Positions 1 to 11,572 of a stretch of DNA of 64,000 nucleotides are shown piece after piece. Positions within the stretch are counted from its first letter, which is position 1, and each line of letters starts with the position of its first letter. Made by a program: the position numbers and the translations under genes. The stretch covers positions 18,467,390 to 18,531,389 of the forward strand of contig NC_069008.1 in assembly GCF_001194135.2 (NCBI RefSeq). The letters run 5' to 3'. The DNA comes from Octopus bimaculoides. Lineage: Eukaryota. Under the pieces are notes generated by a model. The model was not told the DNA's origin. It searched no databases and was given only the letters and a program-made list of their open reading frames with translations.

Positions 1-55
1 TGATTCCTTCTTGAATCTCAGACGTCCACCGATGGACTGCAGGGTATGTCATCAG
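1..55 (-). CDS. USP24: USP24 coding exon 4 (partial, runs off the window)
   Basis: Acceptor ctttctatgttccag|, phase 0. Encodes LMTYPAVHRWTSEIQEGI, matching USP24 LLTSSAVHKWGTEIHEGI. Confidence 0.92.
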   Translation of the reverse strand, partial: MMTYPAVHRWTSEIQEGI

Positions 56-109
56 CTGGAACATAGAAAGAGAGATATAACTGGATGTACATAAATACAT
101 ATTTATTTC

Positions 110-305
110 TTTATTGCTCACAGGGAGCTAAACATAGAGGGGACAAACAAGGACAGACAGAGGGATTAAGTTGATTACATCGACCCCAGTGCATAACTGG
201 TACTTATTTAATCGCCCCTGAAAGGATGAAAGGCAAAGTCGGCCTCAGCAAAATTTGAACTCAGAATGAAATACAGGCAGACGAAATACCGCTAAGAATT
301 TCACC
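110..305 (-). mobile_element. tRNA-derived SINE with Nin-like central domain
   Basis: Reverse strand reads B-box GAGTTCAAATT followed by GCCTTTCATCCTTTCAGGGGCGATTAAATAAGTACCAG. Related copies at about 17140-17215, 22070-22280, 24820-24900, 41260-41440, 41540-41745, 46180-46410, 50020-50200, 51200-51350 and 56920-57110. Confidence 0.75.
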
Positions 306-725
306 AAAATATCAATGTTGTTCTCCTGCTTTTATAAATATGTTGTGTCTTGGAAAATTCTTTCAAAAGGCAGAAGTCTGTGACCTGAGGCCTATCCCCA
401 CCCCTCACCACAGTGCCACTCCACCCATGACTTCCAAGTTACACAACAGAACTGGGTTAATCTGGGAGAATTGCACATCACAGCATGACATTGCTGGGGG
501 GGGGGGGTGCTCGGAAATATAGACAAGATGGTCGTGGTTGGTATGTTGTGACCATGGTTCTGGTCAAGACAACAAGAACAGCATCACAAATCAGATAAGT
601 TATCAAAAGATAGTCAAAGCTGCTGGCAACAATGTTGATGGGATTTGGATTACGTGGTGGTGGGCACAGGATATAACGAGAGAGAGAGAGAGAGAGAGGT
701 AAATGCATATGGAAGATGAGTTTAC

Positions 726-793
726 CTTTTTAAAAGCTTCCGGCATACATTGTGTCATGAAGCGCTTACAGTGTTCATTGGTGTCAGCAAACC
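726..793 (-). CDS. USP24: USP24 coding exon 3
   Basis: Acceptor ttccag|, donor AAG|GTAAAC. 68 nt, phase 1 to 0. Encodes (G)FADTNEHCKRFMTQCMPEAFKK, matching USP24 DENCRRFMDRCMPEAFKK. Too short for the ORF track. Confidence 0.93.
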
Positions 794-1030
794 CTGGAAT
801 GGAGAAGAATGAGGTGAAGGAGAGTGGAGAGCTTGGATGTAACCCTTACTATGAGGGTTAAAAGGGGACTGGAAGGACATCTGGTCATGAAACACTGCAT
901 CAGAGAAATCGTCCAACCCCTACCAGCAAGAAAAACAAACATAAAATACAAATGATTTCAAGGATACATTCAGTGTTGGGCCTCATGTATGAGAAGAAGA
1001 CCCGTCAAGCCGAGCAAAATCGCAGTCCTT

Positions 1031-1745
1031 TCTTTGATATTGCTGCACCTCTTATGTGTCCATAGCTTACACCAGGTACATCTTATGCAGTTTCTACCCA
1101 CGCCTTTTCTACAGATCAAGCAAGGCCATCTACATGAAGGGAATTGTGGTTTGTCTACCTTCCTACTTTGGTTTTTGCTAGATTAACTCTAAGGCCCTTC
1201 GATTCTAGACTTTGCTTTCATACCTGAAACTTCTCCTCTAGTTCTGATAGTGAATCAGCTATTAGACCAAGGTCACTGGCATAGAAAAGCTCCCAGGAAT
1301 ATCCTGTCTTGAATTCCTGTTATTGGCTGTAGGACTATAATGTATAAGAGGGGGCTGAGGACTGATCCTTTCTTGGTGGACCCTTACCCCTACCTGGAAT
1401 TCTTCACTGTACTTGTTGCCAACCCTCACCTTACTGACAGCCTCTCTGTACATGGCTTGTACAGCTCTCACTAACCACTTATCTATCCCTAGTTTCTGCA
1501 TTGACCACCAGATAAGGGATCGGGGGACCCTGTTAAAGGCTTTCTCCATATCAACGAAAGCCAGGTACAGAAGTTTATCTTTGGCTAGGTATTTCTCCTG
1601 CAGCTGTCTTACCAGAAATATAGCATCAGTGGTGCTTTTCCCTGGCACAAACCCAAACTGCATCTCATCTAGACTCACTCTCTCCCTAATTAGTTGGGCT
1701 ATGACCCTCTCCATGACTTTCATTACATGATCCAACAACTTTCAT
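1031..1745 (-). mobile_element. RTE-clade LINE reverse transcriptase fragment, decayed and truncated
   Basis: KLLDHVMKVMERV...QFGFVPGKSTTDAIF...LAFVDMEKAFNRVPR...GVRVHQ are RT motifs typical of RTE elements. Frameshifted. Confidence 0.9.
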
Positions 1746-1877
1746 ATCTTGGCATTTGAAGCAGTTGGACATAGGATAGTTTGACCAAAAGAACCGGCTA
1801 TTGCATGCTAAATTAAATATAGAAAAAAACGCATTTGGCCAAATTTGGACATACAACAGTTTAACATAATAGCAACA

Positions 1878-1917
<40 letters not shown>

Positions 1918-3658
1918 GCATGCATATACACGCACATCCTTAGCATCTTTTTTACAACTTCTCTGGTGTTGATGCCATGATTAAAATGTATCCCAAACAC
2001 TCCTTTTGGGGTAAGGAAAGACATCAAATCACAGATAGCATAGCAAAAATGAGGCACAGCAGCAAGATATGGTAGTCATCAGATGCTCCTTTGCCATCCA
2101 ATGCACGCCAGACATAAATGATGATGATGATGACAAGAGATAATTTACATAATTTCTTTCTCTTGCTTATCCAAGCTATTTAACTTCTCTTATCTTGTGT
2201 GTTTAATGTTTGACCTCCTTCAGTGACTTCCTGCACGCTGTGTCTAGCACAGCCTGACCTCCTTAGCTCTGACGCTACATGGGTGGGGCAGAAATCAATG
2301 TACACACTTCAGATATAAAGTGACAACGAAGGAGGAGAACTGTATAGGATGGTAGCTAGGCCTGGTAGAAATAGCAGTCAAATCTTCCTCTGTCTTATGT
2401 ATGTATGAGCCAATGAGGAAGACCTCTACATGGTAGCTGGACCTGGTAGAAACAGCAGCCAAATCTCAATGGGAAAAAATGAAAGTTAATAACTCCAGAC
2501 ATCTAAATTTGGTACAAGTATCCAATGTGTCCTCATTAGATATCAAAATCCTGTAATCCCAATGGTGGCTGGAGATAAGAAGTGCATTCAACTATAGAAA
2601 CCATGCTACAAGCAAGATGTGGTCTCCCAGTCTGTCCCATCGAGGTGGATAGTAACTTTTAATAACAACAAATTAGAACTGTGATGACGTGTACAGAAAC
2701 AGAACGGAAGACAAGATGATGGTGATAAGATTCTCAGGGTTCACAAACATATCAATGGATTAATAACTTATAGAGACATTTTGTTATGCAACCATAATAT
2801 ACAACAAAGTATATTAAATGCTTTATAAGTCAATATTATGTTCTACTGTGTTAGCAGTGCTATTAAATCACATGTTAAGGTTATCTGTACAGATTTTCTA
2901 TAGAAATTATAGCCAGCGCCTATTTGTTATGAAGTTTTGTATCCGACTACTTAAATATACTTTGTAGCATATTGTGGTCGCATAACGGAATGAGGTATCT
3001 TTACAAGTCATTAATATGCACATACCAGCTGCCAAGAAGGTGTTTAATGTGTAAAATTAGTGTATCCAATAATGTTACACTGCTGTAGTGGTTATTTAAC
3101 CAATGACTTTGTGGATGGTTGATAGGCTGGACATGGTGCTGATGAAGGAGCAAAACTCCTGAAATATGGCATATACACCCATTAACCATTTTTTCCATTT
3201 TCGATCTCATGTCTCAGATAGAAAATTTTGTAACAAAATCACTGCTGGTTATAATTTCAATAAAAAAATCTGGTCAACAGATATGAAAGGTTGATAATGT
3301 TTAAATTAATGAATCCATAATTACAGAAGAGTAAGGATTCTTACAACCTGAGCTTTTTCACAAAGAAGTTAAGGTTACTTTAAATAGTATCTCCCAAAGA
3401 AAAAAAGTCAGGATAGTCACATTTGGAGCCATGATAAAATATACGAACCATTGAAACTATGCTAAAAGTAGAATCCATGAGATGTACAGGGTCCTCTGGA
3501 TGGCAAAAACTATGACAAAGAACTGTCTGAGATCCTGATGACCCAGCAAAGCCAAATAAGCATGGGGAAACAGATGTAGAAACAATGACATGTGAAGCAG
3601 AGACCGGGAAACAAAACCCACAACAACAACAACAACAAAAGTGTTAATTTATACTGAC

Positions 3659-3854
3659 CTGCTTCTGCAAAATAAGTGGAAGCAAGGAGACATTTGCCGA
3701 GGGATTCTTCTTTACGATACGGGATTGACCATTGATCCACAAACACTCGACTTTCCAATTCATAGAGATTAGTGACAGGAAACTCATAGTTAGTTTCTTC
3801 TTCAGCAGTGAGTAAAGGGGGCACAGAATCAATTGAAGGGTCTTTAGCAGATTT
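3659..3854 (-). CDS. USP24: USP24 coding exon 2
   Basis: Acceptor ttttctag|. Encodes KSAKDPSIDSVPPLLTAEEETNYEFPVTNLYELESRVFVDQWSIPYRKEESLGKCLLASTYFAEA, matching USP24 EFPTTNLYELESRVLTDHWSIPYKREESLGKCLLAST. 196 nt, phase-1 donor G|GTCAGT. Confidence 0.95.
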
Positions 3855-4565
3855 CTAGAAAAACAAAAAAACAATGGTAAAATATTTAATGACAAACAAA
3901 CAATTATTATGATTGATGTACAGGGATGAGCTAGGATTTGAGCTACAAGGGTCAGATTACATGACTTTTAAGGGCCGCATTCTACTATCTTTAGTTTACA
4001 ATTTGGGCCACTTACTGCTTCGAGAGGAAGGGATACTTCACTCTATTTTTCTACTGGAAACTCATATTTTCATCCAATCAATAAAATTTAGAAAGAAATT
4101 AAATGAATTTTGCTTTGCTATTCTTAAATTCTTTGATTCTCATTCAATATTTGATGTACCATGTTTAAAAAAAAAAGTATTAATCACAGGGAAACTATAA
4201 TTATTTGGGAATGAAATGACTTGATAGAGTAATTCACCAATGACAATCATTAATTTATAGATTGAAAACAACCAGTAACGAGCAATTCCACAAAGTTTTA
4301 TTTCCTCCTGATAGCCATTGCATTATTGATTATATACAGCTGATTATCTCAGACAAAAGCTACCACAATATTACCAATTACAGTTTTTGTGTTCTGAACA
4401 AACCGTTTAAGTAATCATTACACTTGTTTTAATATTTGTTCAATATTTCCTTCAATGTAAAATTGAAATACTTCTTAATATTAATTCTAAACCAAAAATA
4501 CTTTGATAATTAAAAGTTTCTTGCATGGCTTGAAGTTAAACATACAAAAGTGAAACATAAAGAGG

Positions 4566-4605
<40 letters not shown>

Positions 4606-5407
4606 GAGGCATATGTATCAGTGTGGTGATAATGAAATTTGGCTGCTATTTCTAACAGGTCCAGGTACCATATAGAAGTCTCCCATTAGCTCATACACAT
4701 ACATACACAGATAAGAAAGTAGGGTGCGATTAGAGGGTGATTTGGCAGCTATTTCTACAATATGTAGCTACCACATAGATTTCTTTTGTTGACTTGGGTG
4801 TTCTGCGGTGGTGGTGGTGGTGGTTGTGATAGTAGTAGTTGTAGTAGAGAGAGAGAGAGAGAGAAAGAGCAAAGAGAAACAACTTAGATTTCTCTGCTGT
4901 TACATAACACTATCACTGCCCCTGCCCACATACTGGGTTTATATTTATAACTTGTAGATAGCATCTGGTGGTGGAGGGAGTGATTGGGCGGCAGCTGGTG
5001 ATGATGATGATGATGGTGGTAGTTGTTAGATGCTCTTCCCCCTCCTCATCTGATGTACTCTTAGGTCAATGACTTATACATTCTATAAATATTGTTGTTC
5101 CTGTTGGTGGTGGTGTACAGCCCATGCCCTCCTCACTCATGATCCAACAGACTTATTAGAATTAAAAGCAATCCAGTCATTTTCACAGGTATCTAGGAAA
5201 TACATTATCCAGGACTGTGTTTACTTCACAAAACTGGCAAGGTTGTGATTTGAGGGAGACTGGGCTGTTATTTCTAGTGAAACAGCCACAGAGAAGCCCT
5301 CCTCCTCCCCTTCATTGGCTTATGTTCAACAAGTGGGTTTCAAATGTATCAATGCTAAAGTGTGTGTAAACAAACACACACACACATTTTATTTCTTTAT
5401 CACTTTA

Positions 5408-5445
<38 letters not shown>

Positions 5446-5650
5446 CATACATATTTATGTATGCATATATATGTAGGATGCTTTTCGAACAGGAAAATTA
5501 CCAGTCTGATTCGTAGAGCACAATCTTCAAATATTTCATAAACAAAGACTTAAAGAAGAAATTATTTTACCTTCAAAAGTATTTCAAACCACAAACTGAC
5601 TTTTCCAGATATTATTTTTCAATGAGGAATTTAAAATAACTGAAGTGTTT

Positions 5651-5685
<35 letters not shown>

Positions 5686-5880
5686 GAGAGAGAGAGAGTA
5701 TATATGTAGTGAAACTAACACCTCGATCGCCATTATATACAAAGAAGCCATCTTCTCTCGCTGTTATAAATATAATCAAGTTCGGGCGTAGCAGAGAACA
5801 GCCTACTGTATTCCTCACTTGACTAATTATTATTTGAAGCGGCAACTGCTTCGTACCATTCCCACCAGAACGCAAACTGA

Positions 5881-5956
5881 CCAATCACAGCCCTTAATAA
5901 GGTCACGTGATAGTGTTTTTCTAATACTCCATCGGAGCCTACTTTCAGCTATAAAT
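5881..5956 (+). promoter_or_regulatory. Pol II promoter-like cluster inside USP24 intron 1, antisense to USP24
   Basis: CCAATCA at 5881, GTCACGTGA E-box at 5902-5910 and TATAAAT at 5950-5956, in canonical order within a CpG-retaining patch. Confidence 0.55.
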
Positions 5957-6218
5957 TCGTCTCGGTTCAGATCTCTTAGAGACCTGTTCCGTGTACCACA
6001 CAGAGCAGCAGCAGCAGTTCCAGCGACAACATCAACAGCATCTCCAACTGCGACTACCAGCATCGCCGCCGCCAGTCAGCACGACAATACGAACTACAAG
6101 ATTCGCCACCAGAATCGCCAACACGACTTTCCACGTACACCAGCTACCAAACTACCGCAGAACTTCTAACTCTGTTTGTGCGATTCACCTTCGCCACGAT
6201 AGACAACAGACAAGAACC

Positions 6219-6272
6219 ATGCCTGCGATGAACATCTGTATTCCAGAACCCGGCTCGGCATGGAAGCCCTAA
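6219..6272 (+). CDS. Candidate 17-aa short ORF (MPAMNICIPEPGSAWKP)
   Basis: First ATG (accATG context) after about 240 nt of ATG-free CAG/CGC-rich leader downstream of the TATA box. AATAAA signals at 6515 and 6656. No recognised homology. Confidence 0.3.
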   Translation: MPAMNICIPEPGSAWKP

Positions 6273-7047
6273 CATCACAACGAGTGATCGCTGCACACGC
6301 CTCAACTTCTTACATACAGACTGTTACTATTGTGTACTCTAAAAACTGGCAAATTCTTATATGTGTTACTGACTCTTTTTCTATCTGCTGTATCTCACGC
6401 ATACACATACATGTATCACTTACACACACTCTTTTCTTTATATGACGGCCTGTCTTTTATTGTGTTTTCATTATGTCGCATACACTCACACACAGACATA
6501 CATTTTAATGCTACAATAAATATTACGGTTATTCATCTTTATCGGTTGTGTTCTATCGTCTTCCTTTACTGGCATTTACGAATTCACTATGTTATCGAAG
6601 TATAACATATTTATATCATTTGATATATTTTTGTGTTCGACCGTGTGACGCGTTTAATAAAAGGAGCCCTGTTTTTTCCATTCGTCACCATTTCTCCTTT
6701 TGGGTTCGCACGGTCGTTCTTACATATAACATGTTGTGTGTATGATGAGAGGAAAAAGGAGAAAGAGAAAGAACTGGAGAATGATAAGGGTTAAAGAGAG
6801 AATGAAGAAAGTATTTCGTTAGGCCCCTACTTACACCCCTACTCTACAACCACCGTAATACAACTATCAGTCTTCCATTTCTTTCTTTTTCTTGAATCTT
6901 CCATTTTCTCCCAGGAACACAGGGGATTCAGGACAGCTTTCTTGCTTCTCGCATTATTTTGGGAATATTTGGGGATTGTGTGTTAAATTTGGAAGAGATT
7001 TGTTGAGAAATGGGGATGTTGTTTCAAAACAAACATCAATCCCTTTA

Positions 7048-7271
7048 TCATCATCATCGTTTAATGTCTGCTTTCCATGCTAGCATGGGTTGGACGATTT
7101 GACTGAGGACTGGTGAAACCGGATGGCAACACCAGGCTCCAGTCTGATTTGGCAGTTTCTACAGCTGGATGCCCTTCCTAATGCCAACCACTCAGAGAGT
7201 GTAGTGGGTGCTTTTACGTGTCACCCGCACGAAAACGGCCACGCTCGAAATGGTGTCTTTTATGTGCCACC
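7048..7271 (-). mobile_element. RTE 3' tail ending in (GAT)n, truncated by an assembly gap
   Basis: Near-identical to the tail of the RTE copy at 55860-56100 (aaaagcacccactacactct..gagtggttggcattaggaagggcatccagctgtagaaact...ccaacccatgctagcatgg...gatgatgatga). Confidence 0.85.
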
Positions 7272-8173
7272 NNNNNNNNNNNNNNNNNNNNNNNNNNNNN
7301 NNNNNNNNNNNNNNNNNNNNNNNNNNNNNNNNNNNNNNNNNNNNNNNNNNNNNNNNNNNNNNNNNNNNNNNNNNNNNNNNNNNNNNNNNNNNNNNNNNNN
7401 NNNNNNNNNNNNNNNNNNNNNNNNNNNNNNNNNNNNNNNNNNNNNNNNNNNNNNNNNNNNNNNNNNNNNNNNNNNNNNNNNNNNNNNNNNNNNNNNNNNN
7501 NNNNNNNNNNNNNNNNNNNNNNNNNNNNNNNNNNNNNNNNNNNNNNNNNNNNNNNNNNNNNNNNNNNNNNNNNNNNNNNNNNNNNNNNNNNNNNNNNNNN
7601 NNNNNNNNNNNNNNNNNNNNNNNNNNNNNNNNNNNNNNNNNNNNNNNNNNNNNNNNNNNNNNNNNNNNNNNNNNNNNNNNNNNNNNNNNNNNNNNNNNNN
7701 NNNNNNNNNNNNNNNNNNNNNNNNNNNNNNNNNNNNNNNNNNNNNNNNNNNNNNNNNNNNNNNNNNNNNNNNNNNNNNNNNNNNNNNNNNNNNNNNNNNN
7801 NNNNNNNNNNNNNNNNNNNNNNNNNNNNNNNNNNNNNNNNNNNNNNNNNNNNNNNNNNNNNNNNNNNNNNNNNNNNNNNNNNNNNNNNNNNNNNNNNNNN
7901 NNNNNNNNNNNNNNNNNNNNNNNNNNNNNNNNNNNNNNNNNNNNNNNNNNNNNNNNNNNNNNNNNNNNNNNNNNNNNNNNNNNNNNNNNNNNNNNNNNNN
8001 NNNNNNNNNNNNNNNNNNNNNNNNNNNNNNNNNNNNNNNNNNNNNNNNNNNNNNNNNNNNNNNNNNNNNNNNNNNNNNNNNNNNNNNNNNNNNNNNNNNN
8101 NNNNNNNNNNNNNNNNNNNNNNNNNNNNNNNNNNNNNNNNNNNNNNNNNNNNNNNNNNNNNNNNNNNNNNNNN
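7272..8173. other. Assembly gap (N run)
   Basis: Other gaps at about 18545-18684, 19862-20070, 35189-35275, 36056-36265, 44367-44962, 49020-49029, 49567-49652, 50655-51004, 59346-59686 and 62710-62751. Confidence 1.
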
Positions 8174-8207
<34 letters not shown>

Positions 8208-8221
8208 TATTTGTGGTATGA

Positions 8222-8285
<64 letters not shown>

Positions 8286-9079
8286 ATAAATAAATTAGTC
8301 TTAGCTCCTGGCATGCCCCATGGGCTGCAAGATGTTTTCACTCACCATTGTCTCTCTCTCTGAAATGAGTTACTGGTCAGAAAGAGCCAAATTCATTCAT
8401 CTCATTAAAAATGTAACAAATTTAATTTTTGATGAAGGTTCAAGGCTAGATTCAAAAAACTATTAGTGATAGAAGCAGTGTTAACACCGAAAAGCAATCA
8501 TTATATCTAACTTAACATGGTTTTATTCACAAATAATAATTTTTTTAATAATCTTCCCTATTAAGCACAACATCTCCAGCTTCCTTGCTACTCTTATCCA
8601 ACCAGCAATCTCGAGTGATAGGTTGCAAGAGTTGGGATTGCAATTTCAGATCTTTGCATTCTGAGATGGTGTTTTTTTGTGGCTACTGAGTTGTTTTGAC
8701 TCTTATTTCTAGCGATACTGGTGCTGATTAGTGCCCTTGTTCACTTTAGTGATGCGTATATACACACATGCACAAGGTGCATAGGGTATTTCAGGTCACT
8801 TAAATGACAGCATATTACTCTCTTCAAACCGATTAAAAGGTTTTTATTTCTTTTGGGTCCCCCATGGCAGGTAAAATGCTAACACAAGAAATGAAAAAGA
8901 GATGCAGTCATTGTTGCCAAATGTGCAGATTAAAGCGATTTAGAAATTGTCAACTTTCTAAATGTTGGAAAATCATTTGGAGAAACAAAGTTCAGACAGA
9001 ATTGAATGCCTCTGACAGGAATGTTTCCTTTGCATCAAAGAGGGGGGAAAAAAACAAAAAGAAAAAGATATTGTAAATG

Positions 9080-9995
9080 TTTGAACACAATAAGGACACC
9101 TCAATTCATCCATTATTGATGATAATCCCAGAGAATCAATGATGGCCATCACCAAAGAACTTCAAGTGTCGGAGTGGACTATCAGAACTGAGGACATTTG
9201 ATAGAAATTGTATGAACTGATGAAAGCCAATTCATGTCTGCAAAGACACAGGCAAAACCATTTGATTGATGCCAAGCGTTTATTTAGAAAATCTGACATG
9301 GAAGCTCCAGCTGGTTTCCTTGAATGTTTCCTAACGCAGGGTGTGTGTTGGGTTCAGCACTTTGAGCCAGAGGCAAAGAGACAATCCATGCCATAGAAAC
9401 ACCTCTCCTCACCTGCTCCAAAAAAGGTCAAGGTCATTTCAGCTGCAGGGAAGAGGATGGCCTCAGTTTTTGGGGATGCAAAAAGCATTGTGTTTATTGA
9501 CTATTTTCAAAAGGGCCACATTATTAACGGAGAGTGCTATGCCAACTTGTTAAGGCAGTTACAAAAGGCTATGAAAACCAAACAGCCAGGAAAATTGATA
9601 AAAGGGGTCTTGTTTCATCTGGACAATGCCCCAGCACATAAATCCTTGGTTTCGATGGCTGTTTTGTGCATGTCTATGTCTTTGAACTGGTTGTTAATCC
9701 TCCCTTTTCTCCTTATTTGGCCCCCATCTGACTATCATTTGTTCGCCAACAGCAAAAACACTTGACTGGGAACCAGTATTGCAGTGATGATGATGATGAT
9801 GATATTGTATGTGCTGTTGATGGCTTTTTTGACCAGCAAGATGAATGCTTTCTCATCAATCGGATCCAAACAGTGCAACACCGATGGAAGAAGTGTGTGG
9901 ACATCGAGGGAGACTATGTTGAAAAATAAACCTCATTTGGTCAAATTCCATGAGAATATCTTGGTCAGCCTATGAACTTTTCAGCCAACTCTTGT
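9080..9995 (+). mobile_element. Tc1/mariner relic: maT-like N-terminal part joined to a mariner catalytic domain and right end
   Basis: IDDNPRESMMAITKELQVSEWTIRT and QFMSAKTQ..HLIDAKRL (maT/DD37D-like), then PAGFLECFLTQGVCW..EPEAKRQSM, DAKSIVFIDYFQKGHIINGECYANLL, LFHLDNAPAH, PSDYHLF and GDYVEK stop (mariner). Multiple stops and frameshifts. Confidence 0.85.
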
Positions 9996-10027
9996 CCATT
10001 CATGTATATGTGTGTGTGTGTATGTAC

Positions 10028-10076
<49 letters not shown>

Positions 10077-10204
10077 TACATACATACACAGTTGACTAAT
10101 AATTTTTCCTTAAATATTTTTTTTTCTTACCTTAAACTTTGTACATTCTTTAACCATCTTAACTAATAATATTTGTCTGAAATAATGTTAGTTGAATATT
10201 TATT

Positions 10205-10555
10205 CATGGAAGCAACATGGTTGCGCTCCTTTCGAGCATTGGGCCTCACGAAGGCAATGACCAAGACTTTTGGCATTATGCCATGCTTGAGAAGAAGACC
10301 CATCAAGCTGAGCAAAATCGCAGTCGTGGCAGATACTGGTGTCACGCAAATTGGCACATAAACACACCCCAGTGTCATACAAAAGGCACCCATGTCGGTG
10401 GCACATAAAAGCACCCATTACACTCTTGGAGTGGTTGGCATTAGGAAGGGCATCCAGCTGCAGAAAACCATGCCAAATCATGCCAGCCCAATCAAATTAT
10501 CCAACCCATGCCAGCATGGACAACAGACTTTAACTGATGAAGATGATGATGATAT
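10205..10555 (+). mobile_element. Non-autonomous retroposon (SINE-like) sharing the RTE 3' tail
   Basis: Head gggcctcac..aggcaatgaccaagac..gagaagaagacccatcaagc followed by the RTE tail and (GAT)n. Related copies at about 965-1030, 43960-44290, 48965-49019 and 53775-54040. Confidence 0.8.
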
Positions 10556-10734
10556 ATATATATTCAAGTGTCTTCTACATCTTTGCCCTCTGGAATCTGA
10601 TTCTGAAGGAATAGCAAATGTCTTTTAAATCCAGATATTGTCTTACAGGTTTTGTGATATAGGACACAAGTTGTAAGAGGCAGTTGGGGTTCAAGATTAT
10701 TAGAGTGTAAGCATCTTAAGAGAAGAGTTGGGCA

Positions 10735-11030
10735 AAAGTGGAATTGACAAGCATATATCTGTCCGTGTGTCTGACGAGGAAGTAGTCAATCCGGCTGGTA
10801 TGCACCCCAGATTGATAAGTGATCAGATGGTTGGAAGGTTTTCTGAAGTTGGATGAGCCTTGTCCCCACTTCATTTCTGGAACCAAAGCTGTAGCCTTCA
10901 TGCACACCATGGAATCCATCAGAGTGTTTTCCAACATGTCCATTGAAGTCCCTTGCCATAATGAGAACCTCGTCGTCTTTCGTCCTCAGAAGGGATTCGC
11001 AGAAGTAGTCATTCTGAGCATTCGTATGTC
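10735..11030 (-). mobile_element. RTE-type AP-endonuclease fragment
   Basis: Minus-strand pieces ..DGFHGVHEGYSFGSRNE.. and NHLITYQSGVHTSRIDYFLVR (APE C-terminal motif). Confidence 0.7.
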
Positions 11031-11279
11031 CAGCATGTGGAGCATATGCAAAATTTGGATTTGATCAGCAAGAGTACCGAGTGGTACTCACTAGAGTACC
11101 TGAGTGTATTTAGGATTAGCGCTACTGGACTCTAGTGATACTCAGCTATAGAACCTAGTGGTACTCCCCCTGTAGTACCTCAGAGTACCAACTACAAAAT
11201 TTTAAGGTGCCACACACGGCAACTTAGGCTGTCCTCCACAGAATAAACAAAGGGGCCTCTATGCAACCGTTTGCCTTGC

Positions 11280-11572
11280 AAAAAATAGCAGCCAAACCTC
11301 CAAATCACATCCAAACCATTTTAAATAAAAGGGCAAACAGGAAAATGTGGTGGTGGTTCCTCGCAAATTAGGGAGGAAAAATTAGGGTGACCATGGCTTG
11401 AACATGTTTGGATAAAGACTGACCTGGGGCTAAACAATTAGGAAGGACACATTAGATAATGTAGTCCAAGATACACTATGCCTGAATAAAAGATGGGAAC
11501 GTAATGGTTGGAACATCTTTGATCATAAGTCTGTTTGGAGCAGGTCAGACCTGGGGCTAAACAGCAACTACA
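11280..11572 (+). mobile_element. Short interspersed repeat ending in gacctggggctaaacaacaac (SINE-like family)
   Basis: Motif aaatagcagccaaa..tccctcaaatcac...tggataatgtagtc..gata...ctgacctggggctaaaca recurs at about 2290-2470, 5070-5300, 16590-16730, 26970-27270, 34060-34150, 39560-39840, 40680-40850, 43040-43340, 47220-47390, 55000-55110 and 61480-61600. Confidence 0.7.

Noticed and set aside
7123-8363. Long ORFs of 300-390 aa in the ORF track (also at 44233-45015, 50512-51188 and 59232-59769)
   Set aside because: They span N gaps and microsatellites, so they are artefacts.
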